From positions 1 to 35,180 of IMG/VR virus record IMGVR_UViG_3300030397_000237: a stretch of DNA of 35,180 bases. The stretch is one strand, 5' to 3'. A program made the position numbers and the translations under genes. The notes under the pieces were generated by a model that was given only the letters and a program-made list of their open reading frames with translations, was not told where the DNA came from and did not search any database. The stretch is from a virus (taxonomy: Duplodnaviria > Caudoviricetes). Below are positions 24,957 to 34,608 of this stretch, one piece after another. The first letter of the stretch is position 1. Every line of letters starts with the position of its first letter.

Positions 24957-25390
24957 TGGCAGTAGCAGATTTAACATTAACGTATACAGCGGCCATCACA
25001 TTAGATGGTACGGCATACGATTTATCAGCAACAAAAGTAGTAAGTAATGTATCGAACGTTGTAAGGAGGAGAATGACAGTTCCTACAGCAAGTACAGTTA
25101 ACGTTTTAGAGATTGCAGCAACGGTAAGTTCAGGAACATTAACGGATATTGATTTCGTAGCGATAGTAAATCAAGATTCAACAAACTTTGTAACGATTGG
25201 ATTGGTAGATACTGGAGCGGATACGGCTTACATTAAATTAAAAGCTGGTGAGATTTTCACTTTATGGTCTACAGATCTAGAAGCTTTAACAGGTGGTGCA
25301 GGTTTTGTAGGATTTAACAACATAGATACAATAACAGCTAACTTCGATACCGCTGATGGTGATATTGAATTCTTAGCAGGAGAAATATAA
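24956..25390 (+). CDS. Virion structural protein
   Basis: Beta-rich 144 aa, N.DSTNFV, KLKAGE. Confidence 0.5.
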   Translation: MAVADLTLTYTAAITLDGTAYDLSATKVVSNVSNVVRRRMTVPTASTVNVLEIAATVSSGTLTDIDFVAIVNQDSTNFVTIGLVDTGADTAYIKLKAGEIFTLWSTDLEALTGGAGFVGFNNIDTITANFDTADGDIEFLAGEI

Positions 25391-25394
25391 AAAT

Positions 25395-26888
25395 ATGGGC
25401 TTAACAGTAGTATCACGGCCAGACGATCAATCTTCTGCTTATCTACCAGAACAGTATGTTATTACTTCTGATAGATCACCAAATAGCAGAACAGATGAGT
25501 TTAATCTGGCATGTAATATTTCACAGCCTACCTCTACCTTGATAACTTTGTTTCCCCAGCTTACTGGAACAGAAACATTGCTTAATATAACAGGTGTTAG
25601 CGTAGGCCAGGTTCCTCTTAGTACGGGCCAGTATGTTAAAATTACAAATACTACTGGTGGGCTTTACGAAGGAGTGTTTCAGGTTAGTGACACCCTTTAC
25701 AACGGGGTGTTACATGTGTTAGATACTCCTTTCTTAGGAACAGAAACGGGAACGTGTGAGATATTTTACAAAGATTTCAGTGTAGTAGCTGATTTATTTA
25801 TTGATGGTTCCTTTGCGGTGAGGTTAAGAACACAGCACGATGTTAACGATCAGTTCGTGTTCGATGTGTCTAGGCATGTACAGACATTTGTTGGTAGTGA
25901 TGTAGAATCTACAGCAACTATTACTAGGCAATCAGCCGATGATACCTCGGTGATATTTCACCTAGAGATAAGCGAGGAGTACCGAGATATAAACAACGAT
26001 AATCAGATCACCAAGCAAACGCAAACAACTCCAGAAGTTCAGTTTATTGATGATGTAGGAAACTCCAAAAGAGGGTTTAATACAGTAATTCAATACATGG
26101 ATTACCGAGATGAGCAGTTCTTGAGTTCTGATTACGACATGAGTGATTTTGTTTCACCCTATGGAGATACTACAAGATTTCTTACGAATGCTAATCGTTT
26201 TAATATTCCTATTGGTAGTGATGATCATTATTTCCTTACTTTTTACGATGCTATAAGTGCTGAACATTATCTGATGGTAGATACTTTTGATAGTTCAGGA
26301 ACACTAATTGCTTCTAACCAGTTTGAAACATACGCTGCTTTCGGGGTTGCTGATTCGTACAACTTCCCCGCTGGAACAGCTAATGTTGCTTCTGTTATAA
26401 CAGCCGCTACTGAGGAGTACGATGTATACCTAGAGAATAATTTAGGCCAACAGCAATCAGAGAAGATACGGTTTAAAATAGACAGAAACTGTTACGGTAC
26501 AGAGCAAAGGTTCGAGTGGCTAAACGAAAAAGGAGGGTTAGATCTTTATACGTTTAAGGGAAGAAAAGATAGAAAAGTAGAGATGGAAAGAAAAACCTTT
26601 AAGAGGTTGTTAGATTTCCCACGGGTGATACCAGAAAGAACGTTAACTACTAGCCAAGATACAGCTGTTGATATTTATACTGCTAATAGTGGTATGGTAA
26701 GTAAGAGTATCGCAGAGTGGCTAGAGGAACTCCTTATTTCTCCAGAGGTTTACATACATATTGGAAAAGATAGATTTCCTGTACATATTTTAACAAACTC
26801 AGCGGATATTAATAACAGTTTTGATAATCTGTTTAATATAAGCTTTGAATATAGATTTGCTTTTGAAAAAGTGATCCAAAGAAACTAA
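25395..26888 (+). CDS. Tail tip/baseplate protein
   Basis: C-terminal WLNEKGG.D.YTF...SG......WLEELL.SPEVY motif typical of Bacteroidota siphoviruses. Confidence 0.65.
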   Translation: MGLTVVSRPDDQSSAYLPEQYVITSDRSPNSRTDEFNLACNISQPTSTLITLFPQLTGTETLLNITGVSVGQVPLSTGQYVKITNTTGGLYEGVFQVSDTLYNGVLHVLDTPFLGTETGTCEIFYKDFSVVADLFIDGSFAVRLRTQHDVNDQFVFDVSRHVQTFVGSDVESTATITRQSADDTSVIFHLEISEEYRDINNDNQITKQTQTTPEVQFIDDVGNSKRGFNTVIQYMDYRDEQFLSSDYDMSDFVSPYGDTTRFLTNANRFNIPIGSDDHYFLTFYDAISAEHYLMVDTFDSSGTLIASNQFETYAAFGVADSYNFPAGTANVASVITAATEEYDVYLENNLGQQQSEKIRFKIDRNCYGTEQRFEWLNEKGGLDLYTFKGRKDRKVEMERKTFKRLLDFPRVIPERTLTTSQDTAVDIYTANSGMVSKSIAEWLEELLISPEVYIHIGKDRFPVHILTNSADINNSFDNLFNISFEYRFAFEKVIQRN

Positions 26889-26889
26889 T

Positions 26890-29136
26890 ATGCCAAGCGT
26901 AAGTACTGCTCCTTTAAATATATTTAACCTGGATTTATTTGATCCAGATGATATAATTATTCCTTTAAACTACTCTATAGCGGATTTTAGGAACTTAGAT
27001 TCTAGGAATGGTACTTATTCCAAAACGATAAGTATCCCTTCCACTAAGAAGAACGATACGGAATTACAGTATTCCTTTGATATAACAGCCGAAGGGTACT
27101 ATGATAGAAACAAACGGTGCGATGCTATCCTAGAAAGGGATGGCATTCGTTTATTAGAGGGTAGTGTACAGCTTAAAGAGGTGGTGATGTTAGATGGAAA
27201 AATCGATCACTACGAGATAGTTCTTTATGCTGATAATTCAGATTGGATTTATCTATTAGAGGGGAAGAGTATAAAAGATCTAGAACTTGGATCTCATGTT
27301 TATGATTACGATGATATAATAGATTCATGGGGTGCAGTAAAAACTACCAGTGTACATAATGGAGATGACGATTTCTACACTTATTATTTGGTAGATTTTG
27401 GAGCATTTGAAACCTTCACTGAAAGCAGTAATGTAAAGGTTGAGAATATGATTCCTTCGATATTCGTTAAGCAGATAATAACAAAAATATTCAAGGATAT
27501 AGGGTACTTTGTAGAGAGCAACTTCTTTAAGAGGCCAGAGATACGAGATTTGAATTTATTAAACCCTAAAGGCTTTGTTTTATCTTCTGAAGAGGTAAAT
27601 AGAAGAAGTTTTAAAGTAGGATCAACAGTTGCAGTAAATACAATAATTTCCCAAACGGGGCAAACAAATCCAGTTCCTTTATTCCCTTCTTTGAATGTTC
27701 CATTAGATAATGAAAATTTCGCTGATGGGTTCTTTGATAACGGAACAGCTACAAACGGAAATTATGATAATACTTTATATCAGTTTATTCCAGATAATGC
27801 AGGTAAGTATAATCTGAAGATGAACTTAGATTTCACTGTTGATATTTATGCAGGTGGGGTAGATTTTTTAATGACTAGTGGTTCTTTACCTGAATTAGAG
27901 CTTAATATTCTTAACAACTCTGTTCCTATACATACAGAAACAATAATACTTGGTAGCGGGGTATTGGATGGATCTACTTTTATAAACAGGTTTACAGATA
28001 GAATAATAATAACGGTAGATGAAGAGTTTACATTGGCGAATGCTGATGTGGTAGAGTTGAGGTTAACATTAGATGGTAACTCTGGAAATTATACTTCTCC
28101 TGTTTCAACTCCTGTTATTACAGACTGGACCGTTAAATTATTAGGCCCAGATACTTATTATGAGAATAACCCTTTAAGTGAAATAGTACAGGGATCTACA
28201 GTAGAGCATAATGTTATACTTCCTGATTGGAGCCAAAAGGATTTTATAAAGTGGATATTACAAACGTTTAACCTTTATATAGAAACCAATAATAGAACCA
28301 AAACAGTAACTATAGAGCCTAAGATAGAATACTTAAAAGATATTCAAGAGGCTGAAGATTTCAGTTCTAAAGTTGATATAAGCTTAGAGGAACGGATAGT
28401 TCAGATAGAAGATGATTTGAGCAGGAATTTAACCTTTACTTATACAAAGGATGAAAACGATGATCTAGCAACCCAATATGAGTTTGATAACGATGTAAGG
28501 TTTGGAGATAAAGAGGTTACCCTAGAAAACGAGTTTTTATCTGGGGATAAGAGTGTCGCTGATGTTCCTTGGGCTGCTACGATCATGGGATTGGCATTCA
28601 GAAAAAATACAAAATACCAATTTTACATTCCAAGGTTGATAGATAATTCGGCTGTAGCTGATGCCGTAGACGCAGGAGAAGAGCCACAGAGTTTTGATTT
28701 TGAGCCTAGATTATTGATTTATGATAGGGCTGAAGATGTGTTGGCTTCGTGGACATTTGAGAGCAACCCTCAAGATACAATCCCTTTCGCCTATTTTGTT
28801 AAGCAGGCTTCTGGCGAGTTTGACATAAGTTTAAATTTTGAAAGTGAGAAAAATATAAATACTTCACTTCAATTGGATGATACTGGCTTAGTAGAAAGGT
28901 ATTATCAAAGTACTATAGATCAAATCAACTTTGGAAGGCTTTATATTGGGTATTTGAGATTATCTGAGATCGATATATTAAACTTAGATTTTAGCACACC
29001 TAAGTTATTAAAGATAAATGGTAATAAAACTTACTTTGATTTAAACAAGGTAATAGATTACATGGCGGGCAAGAATGAAAGCACTGAGGTAGAGTTAGTA
29101 CAAAGGGTTTATGGTCAAGGTAACACCGATAACTAA
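26890..29136 (+). CDS. Tail hub/tip protein
   Basis: LDLF...IPLNYSIAD...YSKTISIP.T.KN; LPD.SQKDFIK.I...FNL; C-terminal LNKV.DY......VEL. Confidence 0.7.
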   Translation: MPSVSTAPLNIFNLDLFDPDDIIIPLNYSIADFRNLDSRNGTYSKTISIPSTKKNDTELQYSFDITAEGYYDRNKRCDAILERDGIRLLEGSVQLKEVVMLDGKIDHYEIVLYADNSDWIYLLEGKSIKDLELGSHVYDYDDIIDSWGAVKTTSVHNGDDDFYTYYLVDFGAFETFTESSNVKVENMIPSIFVKQIITKIFKDIGYFVESNFFKRPEIRDLNLLNPKGFVLSSEEVNRRSFKVGSTVAVNTIISQTGQTNPVPLFPSLNVPLDNENFADGFFDNGTATNGNYDNTLYQFIPDNAGKYNLKMNLDFTVDIYAGGVDFLMTSGSLPELELNILNNSVPIHTETIILGSGVLDGSTFINRFTDRIIITVDEEFTLANADVVELRLTLDGNSGNYTSPVSTPVITDWTVKLLGPDTYYENNPLSEIVQGSTVEHNVILPDWSQKDFIKWILQTFNLYIETNNRTKTVTIEPKIEYLKDIQEAEDFSSKVDISLEERIVQIEDDLSRNLTFTYTKDENDDLATQYEFDNDVRFGDKEVTLENEFLSGDKSVADVPWAATIMGLAFRKNTKYQFYIPRLIDNSAVADAVDAGEEPQSFDFEPRLLIYDRAEDVLASWTFESNPQDTIPFAYFVKQASGEFDISLNFESEKNINTSLQLDDTGLVERYYQSTIDQINFGRLYIGYLRLSEIDILNLDFSTPKLLKINGNKTYFDLNKVIDYMAGKNESTEVELVQRVYGQGNTDN

Positions 29137-29141
29137 AGATT

Positions 29142-31343
29142 ATGGCAGAAGAAATAGTATTTGGGATAAATATTCAAACAGGAAAAGCGATCAGTTCTTT
29201 TGGTGAGCTTAAAAAGCAAACTAAGGAATTAAGGAAGGAGCTAGATGGTACTAAGATCGGAACCCAAAGATTTGATCAGTTAAGAGGAAGTATAGCCCAA
29301 AATCAAACCAAGATAAGAGATTTCAATCGGGAACTAAGGAATGGTAAGAGTTTAGGCCAAACATTTGGAGATAGTTTAAAGAAAAGTTTTTTACAAGTAG
29401 GTGCGGTAATAGCTGGAGCTTTTGCGGTAGATAAACTGGTTACGTTTGGGAAAGAAGCCTTGGATTTAGCCTTAAAGGCAGAAGGTATAGAGAGAGCTTT
29501 TGATAGATTAAACAACCCTAATCTACTTGATGGCTTAAGAGAGGCAACAAAGGGAACAGTAAGTGATTTAGAGTTAATGCAAGCAGCGGTAAAAGCTGAA
29601 AACTTTAATATCCCTTTAGATAATTTAGCTTCATTATTAGAGTTTGCAGGAAGAAAAGCTCGTGACACAGGCCAGGATGTTGATTTTTTAGTAGAATCAT
29701 TAATTACTGGTATCGGTCGTAAATCATTACCAATTCTAGATAACCTTCAGCTAGATATTACAGAAATACGAGAAGAAACAAAAAAACTAGGAGGTGATTT
29801 CCAAGGTGCTGTAGGTAATATTGTTAATAGGCAACTCGCAGAAATGGGGGAGAATGTCGAAACAACCGCTGATAAGATAGATAGGTTGTCTGCTATGACA
29901 GAAAATCTAAAACTAACAGTAGGTGAGTTGATTGTAGAAGGGATAGATTTTTGGATAGAGAGGTTTGATGCATGGAGTGAAGCTATAGACACTGTAATAA
30001 TGAACTTCGAAAATATGGAGGAGTTACAGGTTCGTGCTTTGGATATGGAGTTAAAGAAATTAGATAGCACCATAAAAGATTTTGATAGCAACGACCAGTT
30101 CGAGGATAAGTTAGATAGTATAACGTCTAGGATAAAAGCAGTCACTCAAGAAATAAATAAAGGAGAAGGAGATGTCGACGCATTAAGAGAACAGCAAGAA
30201 AAATTATTCGAGATACTAGATCTTGTAAATACAGAATATGAGAAGTTTAAATCAAACCAAGATAAATCATCTGGCTCTACTAGAGTGTTAAAAACAACAC
30301 TTAATGGTTTAAACTCGGAATTAGAATTATTAAAAAAGCAATTAAAAGATATTGATGTAAACTCTGATCAATTTGTAGCAACACAGCAAAGAATATCTGC
30401 TGTACAAAAAGAGATAGAAGATGCTACAGAAAATAGAATTAAGAAAGAGGAAAGAAATGAGGAACTCCAGTTAGAAAAAATAAAATCTATTGATGTCGAG
30501 AAAGTAGAATCTAACCAGAAAGCTAATGATGAAATACTTAATGCTGATGAACAGCTAGCAAGGAATCAGGAAAAGAGAAGGGAATTAGATAGGCAAAAAA
30601 GAATTGAACAAGAGCAAGCATTTATTGATGCATCATTAGAGATAGCTCAGATAGGATCAGATGCGGCATTTGAGATATTAAATACGAATTTAGATAGAAG
30701 AACGCAAAGGCAAATAGAAAGCCTTGAGATGATGCTAGAACAGGGAACAATATCTCAAGAGCAATTCGATCAAAGATCACAAGCTATAGAGGAAGATGCT
30801 TTTCAAAGAGGAAAAAGGTTGGCTTCTATAGAAGTGATTATAGAAGGAGCCTTAGCTATTGCAAGAACAATCAGGCAGCTAGGAGGTGTGGGAGCGATAA
30901 CCCCTCCTGGAGCAGCATTATTAGCAACAACAGCAGCGGCAACAGCGGCTCAGTTAGCAGTAATACAATCACAAAGTTTTGCATTAGGGGGCAAAATAGA
31001 AGAGTTCGCAGACGGTGGCATGGTACATGGGCCTTCACATGCACAAGGAGGAGTAAAATTTGCTACTGGAGGTAGAGTAGTAGAACTAGAAGGAGGGGAA
31101 GCTGTAATCAATAAAAGAAGTACAGCAATGTTTGGTCCACAACTATCAGCTATGAATGTAGCAGGAGGGGGTAAAGCGTTCTTTCAGAATGGAGGTATTA
31201 CCCCTCAGATAACAGGAGGAAGCGATATATCAGGTATTGTTTCAGCAATAAGTAGGTTACAAGTAAATGCACAGGTAAGCGTTGAGGAAATAAGAAGGGT
31301 GCAGAACAAAGTTACAGCCATTGAAACCCAATCACGCCTATGA
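29142..31343 (+). CDS. Tape measure protein
   Basis: 733 aa coiled coil, LREAT.GTVSD.ELM, GIGR.S..ILDNL, Ala-rich hydrophobic segment, FADGG.V.GPSHAQGG. Confidence 0.88.
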   Translation: MAEEIVFGINIQTGKAISSFGELKKQTKELRKELDGTKIGTQRFDQLRGSIAQNQTKIRDFNRELRNGKSLGQTFGDSLKKSFLQVGAVIAGAFAVDKLVTFGKEALDLALKAEGIERAFDRLNNPNLLDGLREATKGTVSDLELMQAAVKAENFNIPLDNLASLLEFAGRKARDTGQDVDFLVESLITGIGRKSLPILDNLQLDITEIREETKKLGGDFQGAVGNIVNRQLAEMGENVETTADKIDRLSAMTENLKLTVGELIVEGIDFWIERFDAWSEAIDTVIMNFENMEELQVRALDMELKKLDSTIKDFDSNDQFEDKLDSITSRIKAVTQEINKGEGDVDALREQQEKLFEILDLVNTEYEKFKSNQDKSSGSTRVLKTTLNGLNSELELLKKQLKDIDVNSDQFVATQQRISAVQKEIEDATENRIKKEERNEELQLEKIKSIDVEKVESNQKANDEILNADEQLARNQEKRRELDRQKRIEQEQAFIDASLEIAQIGSDAAFEILNTNLDRRTQRQIESLEMMLEQGTISQEQFDQRSQAIEEDAFQRGKRLASIEVIIEGALAIARTIRQLGGVGAITPPGAALLATTAAATAAQLAVIQSQSFALGGKIEEFADGGMVHGPSHAQGGVKFATGGRVVELEGGEAVINKRSTAMFGPQLSAMNVAGGGKAFFQNGGITPQITGGSDISGIVSAISRLQVNAQVSVEEIRRVQNKVTAIETQSRL

Positions 31344-31585
31344 GAAAAATAAAAAGTATCATCAAAAACCAGCTAGGTGATAAAGCAAAGATCGATGACG
31401 TGCTAGATCACGTTTTCGATAACAGGCTTGTCACTGGATCATCCGCAACAGCATATCAGGTAAAGCATGAATACAAAAAAAGAAAGAGAGCTAATCCTGA
31501 AAAATCTATGAGATCTATACTCATGGATATAAGTGCTGATTTTAACATTTCTTACGTATCAGCTTATCGTTATTTAAATCTATAA
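31340..31585 (+). CDS. Small C-terminal-HTH protein, candidate late-gene activator
   Basis: SILMDISADFNISYVSAYRYL is HTH-like; sits just before a late promoter. Confidence 0.55.
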   Translation: MRKIKSIIKNQLGDKAKIDDVLDHVFDNRLVTGSSATAYQVKHEYKKRKRANPEKSMRSILMDISADFNISYVSAYRYLNL

Positions 31586-31601
31586 AAGGAAGGTGGTGTA
31601 T

Positions 31602-31621
31602 AGGGGCTTAACGGCCCCTTT
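31602..31621 (+). terminator. Intrinsic terminator-like hairpin
   Basis: AGGGGCT-TAAC-GGCCCCT then TTGTGTTT. Confidence 0.65.
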
Positions 31622-31622
31622 G

Positions 31623-31669
31623 TGTTTCATTTTAATATACATAAATGATTCTTAGGCTTGCTACATTAG
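31623..31669 (+). promoter_or_regulatory. Putative late promoter of the head operon
   Basis: TGTTTCATTTTAATATACA (31623-41), 20-bp spacer, TACATTAG (31662-69), ATG 31674. Confidence 0.65.
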
Positions 31670-31673
31670 TAAC

Positions 31674-32744
31674 ATGAGCGAGTTAAGAAAATTCAAAGTA
31701 GGTACTTCTTTCAGCCGTGTAGATAAAGAAAACGGCATCCTTAGAGGAGTAAATATCATTACAGGAAATAGAGAGGCATCGGGCCACGAAATGTACGTTG
31801 ACGAAACAACGGTAGAACAGGTGGTGGCTATGGGAATGCAAACAGGTAATGTAGGGTTAAAGGCAAGGTTCGATCACCCTAATGCTTGTAGTGGATCTAT
31901 GGGAACTGTAATAGGTAGGTTCAAGAATTTCAGAAAAGAAGGTATACAGGCAAAAGCTGATCTACACTTATTGGAATCAGCTGCTAAAAGCCCAAACGGA
32001 AATTATAGAGATTATATTCTTTCGCTGGCAGAAGAAGCTCCAGATTCATTTGCTACATCTATAGTGTTTAGAGCCGATGAAAGTTTCATTCCTGAAGAGA
32101 GTGAATTTAAAGAAGTAGATCCACAGGATCCTTTCTTTTTGCCACATGTAAGAATAGCCAGTTTAACACATTGCGATGTAGTAGATGAAGGAGCAGCAAA
32201 TGATTCTTTCTTTTCCCCTGTATTTGGCAGGCCAAACTACTGGAAAGAGCAAGTAGAGTTTTTTGTTAACGAGAACCCAGAAATATTAGAAAACATATTA
32301 GATACATATTTCAACAGTAAAAAAATGGAAAAGGAAATAGAAACATTTGAAGATGCTGCCAAAGAAAACGAAGAGGTTATTCTTTCAGAGCAGGAATCAG
32401 ATCTAGTGGCTTTACAAAAAGAAGTTTCTGGATTAACAGAACTTACAGAAGAGCTTACTAAGCAAAACGAAGAGCTTTCAGCAAAAGAAAAAGCTTTCAA
32501 CGAGCTTACAGAAGAGCATAACAAACTTCAAGAGCAGTTTACAGAGTTAGAAAGTTTAAAGTTAGATCTAGAGAGTAAAATCAAAGAATTATCTGAGATA
32601 CAAATCGGAGAGCCTTTAAAAGAAGGATCTAGTAAATCTGTAGAAGAGGTAAAGCAAGAGAAAAAGCAGCTCAGTAAAGAAGAGAAAAGGCAAGAAAAGC
32701 TTTCTCAAATTATGGAGTGGAGAAACGAACAAATTAACAAATAA
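31674..32744 (+). CDS. Prohead protease fused to a coiled-coil scaffold
   Basis: EA.GH...D, KARFDHP, G..IGRF.NF, ADLHL, FATSIVF, CDVVDEGAAN; acidic coiled-coil C-terminus; precedes the capsid gene. Confidence 0.8.
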   Translation: MSELRKFKVGTSFSRVDKENGILRGVNIITGNREASGHEMYVDETTVEQVVAMGMQTGNVGLKARFDHPNACSGSMGTVIGRFKNFRKEGIQAKADLHLLESAAKSPNGNYRDYILSLAEEAPDSFATSIVFRADESFIPEESEFKEVDPQDPFFLPHVRIASLTHCDVVDEGAANDSFFSPVFGRPNYWKEQVEFFVNENPEILENILDTYFNSKKMEKEIETFEDAAKENEEVILSEQESDLVALQKEVSGLTELTEELTKQNEELSAKEKAFNELTEEHNKLQEQFTELESLKLDLESKIKELSEIQIGEPLKEGSSKSVEEVKQEKKQLSKEEKRQEKLSQIMEWRNEQINK

Positions 32745-32755
32745 AAAAATAAGTT

Positions 32756-33706
32756 ATGGCATTTGATTTATCAGCACTTAGTGCTTGGACAGATGAGAGA
32801 GCTGATGAGTTCTTTTCAAAATCTGTATTAGCCGCTAAAACTCCTTCTTTGATGAGAGTTTTGACTGGCTTGAAAGGGGCAACAGCGATCCCTAATTTAG
32901 AAGGTGATAGTGATATTTTTAGATCAGGAAGCTCATGTGGCTTTACGGCTGTAGGTGATGTAGCTATCGATCAAAGAACTATCAACCCTCAATCAGTAAA
33001 AGTAAATATTGAGCTTTGCTTGAGAGATCTTGAAGCTTTCTTTACTAGACAACTACTTCCAGCGGGCCAAATGTATGAAGGATTAGGCCCAGTAGAAGCA
33101 GCTATCTTAGAAGAGGTAAGAAAAAGAATCCAAAGAACAGTAGAGATTGCAGTATGGCAGTCAGAAATTGGTGGTGCAGGAGCTACTTCATTAACAATCT
33201 TTGATGGATTGATCGAGATCATCCAAGATGAGATAGCAGCGGCTACTATCCCAGCGGGGCAACAACTTTCAGGAGCTGTTACTACAGGTAATATTATCGC
33301 TACTGTCGAGGCAATGAGAGATGCTCTTCCAGTTGATCAGTTTGACGAAGTTACTGAGGAATCTAAGTACATTATGTTGATGTCGCCACAAGCGAAACAA
33401 ACTTATGAAAGAGATTACAGAAGTACATTCACTGCTCTTCCTTACAACATGGAATTCAACAAATTGTTTGTTGATGGAACTAAGATTGAAATCATAGGAG
33501 TACCTGGATTATTCGCAGCGGCTCATTCAGATAAGATTTTATTAGTGAAGAGAGAAAGCCTTTGGTTAGGAGTAGATATCGAAGGTGAGCAATCTGATTT
33601 AATGGTTTACATGGATCAAGATAGAGAGAATGTAAGAATTAAATCAAGATTTATGATGGGAACACAAGTAAACTTCCCTGAAGAATTAGTAGTTAATAAC
33701 TTCTAA
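32756..33706 (+). CDS. Major capsid protein
   Basis: 316 aa; FD.SALSAW, CGF...G......R.I......N..LC..DL, E..VWQ, FDGL, LWLGVD; position. Confidence 0.88.
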   Translation: MAFDLSALSAWTDERADEFFSKSVLAAKTPSLMRVLTGLKGATAIPNLEGDSDIFRSGSSCGFTAVGDVAIDQRTINPQSVKVNIELCLRDLEAFFTRQLLPAGQMYEGLGPVEAAILEEVRKRIQRTVEIAVWQSEIGGAGATSLTIFDGLIEIIQDEIAAATIPAGQQLSGAVTTGNIIATVEAMRDALPVDQFDEVTEESKYIMLMSPQAKQTYERDYRSTFTALPYNMEFNKLFVDGTKIEIIGVPGLFAAAHSDKILLVKRESLWLGVDIEGEQSDLMVYMDQDRENVRIKSRFMMGTQVNFPEELVVNNF

Positions 33707-33717
33707 ATCAACTATTT

Positions 33718-34272
33718 ATGGCAGATTGTTTAATAACGACAGGATGGAGCTGTCCAGATTGTACGAGCAAGTTCAATATCCCAGGATTGGAGCGAAATGA
33801 ATTGCTTATTGCAAATAAAAGTGAAATTTCTGCATTTACCTCAGCTACAGAAGGCGAGGTAAGTGCTATTACTTTTGATACATACAAAGGTTTTTACCGA
33901 GTATGTGCGCATAAGGATACTGCATCATGGCAAGAAAATTTAGTTGTAGGTGCTAATTCGGGCAATCATTTTACACAAACCGTAACATTTAGAACTATAG
34001 ATCCTTCAACAGGTGTTAGAAATGCTATTGAAGATTTAGTAGATGTAGATGTAGTAGTGGCGGTAAAATCAAAAAGAGGTGATTGGTGGATACTCGGAGA
34101 AGATGCAGGATTACGCCTCACATCTAACGATAAAGATTCAGGAGCAGCAACAGGTGATGACCAAGGGGATCTTTTAACTTTTTCTGGTGTAGCACTAGGA
34201 AAGGCGAGAAAGTTCTTTATTACTGATGCAGCAACAACTGAAACCACTATAGATGGATATGTAGTAGGTTAA
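33718..34272 (+). CDS. Major tail (tube) protein
   Basis: C.IT.G...C, NG..F.QT.TF-like, W..LG...GL, SGAA.GD..G..LTFSG; follows the capsid, strong terminator after it. Confidence 0.7.
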   Translation: MADCLITTGWSCPDCTSKFNIPGLERNELLIANKSEISAFTSATEGEVSAITFDTYKGFYRVCAHKDTASWQENLVVGANSGNHFTQTVTFRTIDPSTGVRNAIEDLVDVDVVVAVKSKRGDWWILGEDAGLRLTSNDKDSGAATGDDQGDLLTFSGVALGKARKFFITDAATTETTIDGYVVG

Positions 34273-34295
34273 TAACGTGTTTTGTTCATTGTTTG

Positions 34296-34320
34296 GGAGG
34301 TTTCGGCCTCCTTTTTTTTT
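34296..34320 (+). terminator. Intrinsic terminator
   Basis: GGAGGT-TTCG-GCCTCC-T9. Confidence 0.88.
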
Positions 34321-34353
34321 GCTTAAAAGTTAATTACATTTAAAAGAAAAGCT

Positions 34354-34608
34354 ATGGAATTAAAAAACTTAGACGGCAACAAAGAACTTTATGATTCTCA
34401 ACTAAAGCCCAAGAGAAAAAGAAAGAAGAAAGAAGTTGTTGAAGAAGTACCAGTTGTACAAAAAGAAAAGCGTTACAGATTAAAAACATTAGCAACGGTG
34501 ATTTCTTTTAAAGGGTATAAAGTTACTTACGAAGATATTGAGAACAACCAAGAGTTAGCAGTTCAGCTAATAGATAACGGCTTTGGTGATTTTATAGATG
34601 AATATTAG
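34354..34608 (+). CDS. Hypothetical protein with a basic patch
   Basis: 84 aa, KPKRKRKKK; preceded by a TACATTTA -7-like box; overlaps the next start. Confidence 0.6.
   Translation: MELKNLDGNKELYDSQLKPKRKRKKKEVVEEVPVVQKEKRYRLKTLATVISFKGYKVTYEDIENNQELAVQLIDNGFGDFIDEY

Noticed and set aside
3574-34247. Numerous antisense or nested ORFs (e.g. 3574..3771, 4002..4217, 5609..5860, 9438..9668, 11243..11494, 14786..15094, 29303..29668, 29747..30145, 32237..32524, 33966..34247)
   Set aside because: They shadow well-supported genes on the other strand or frame and show no motifs
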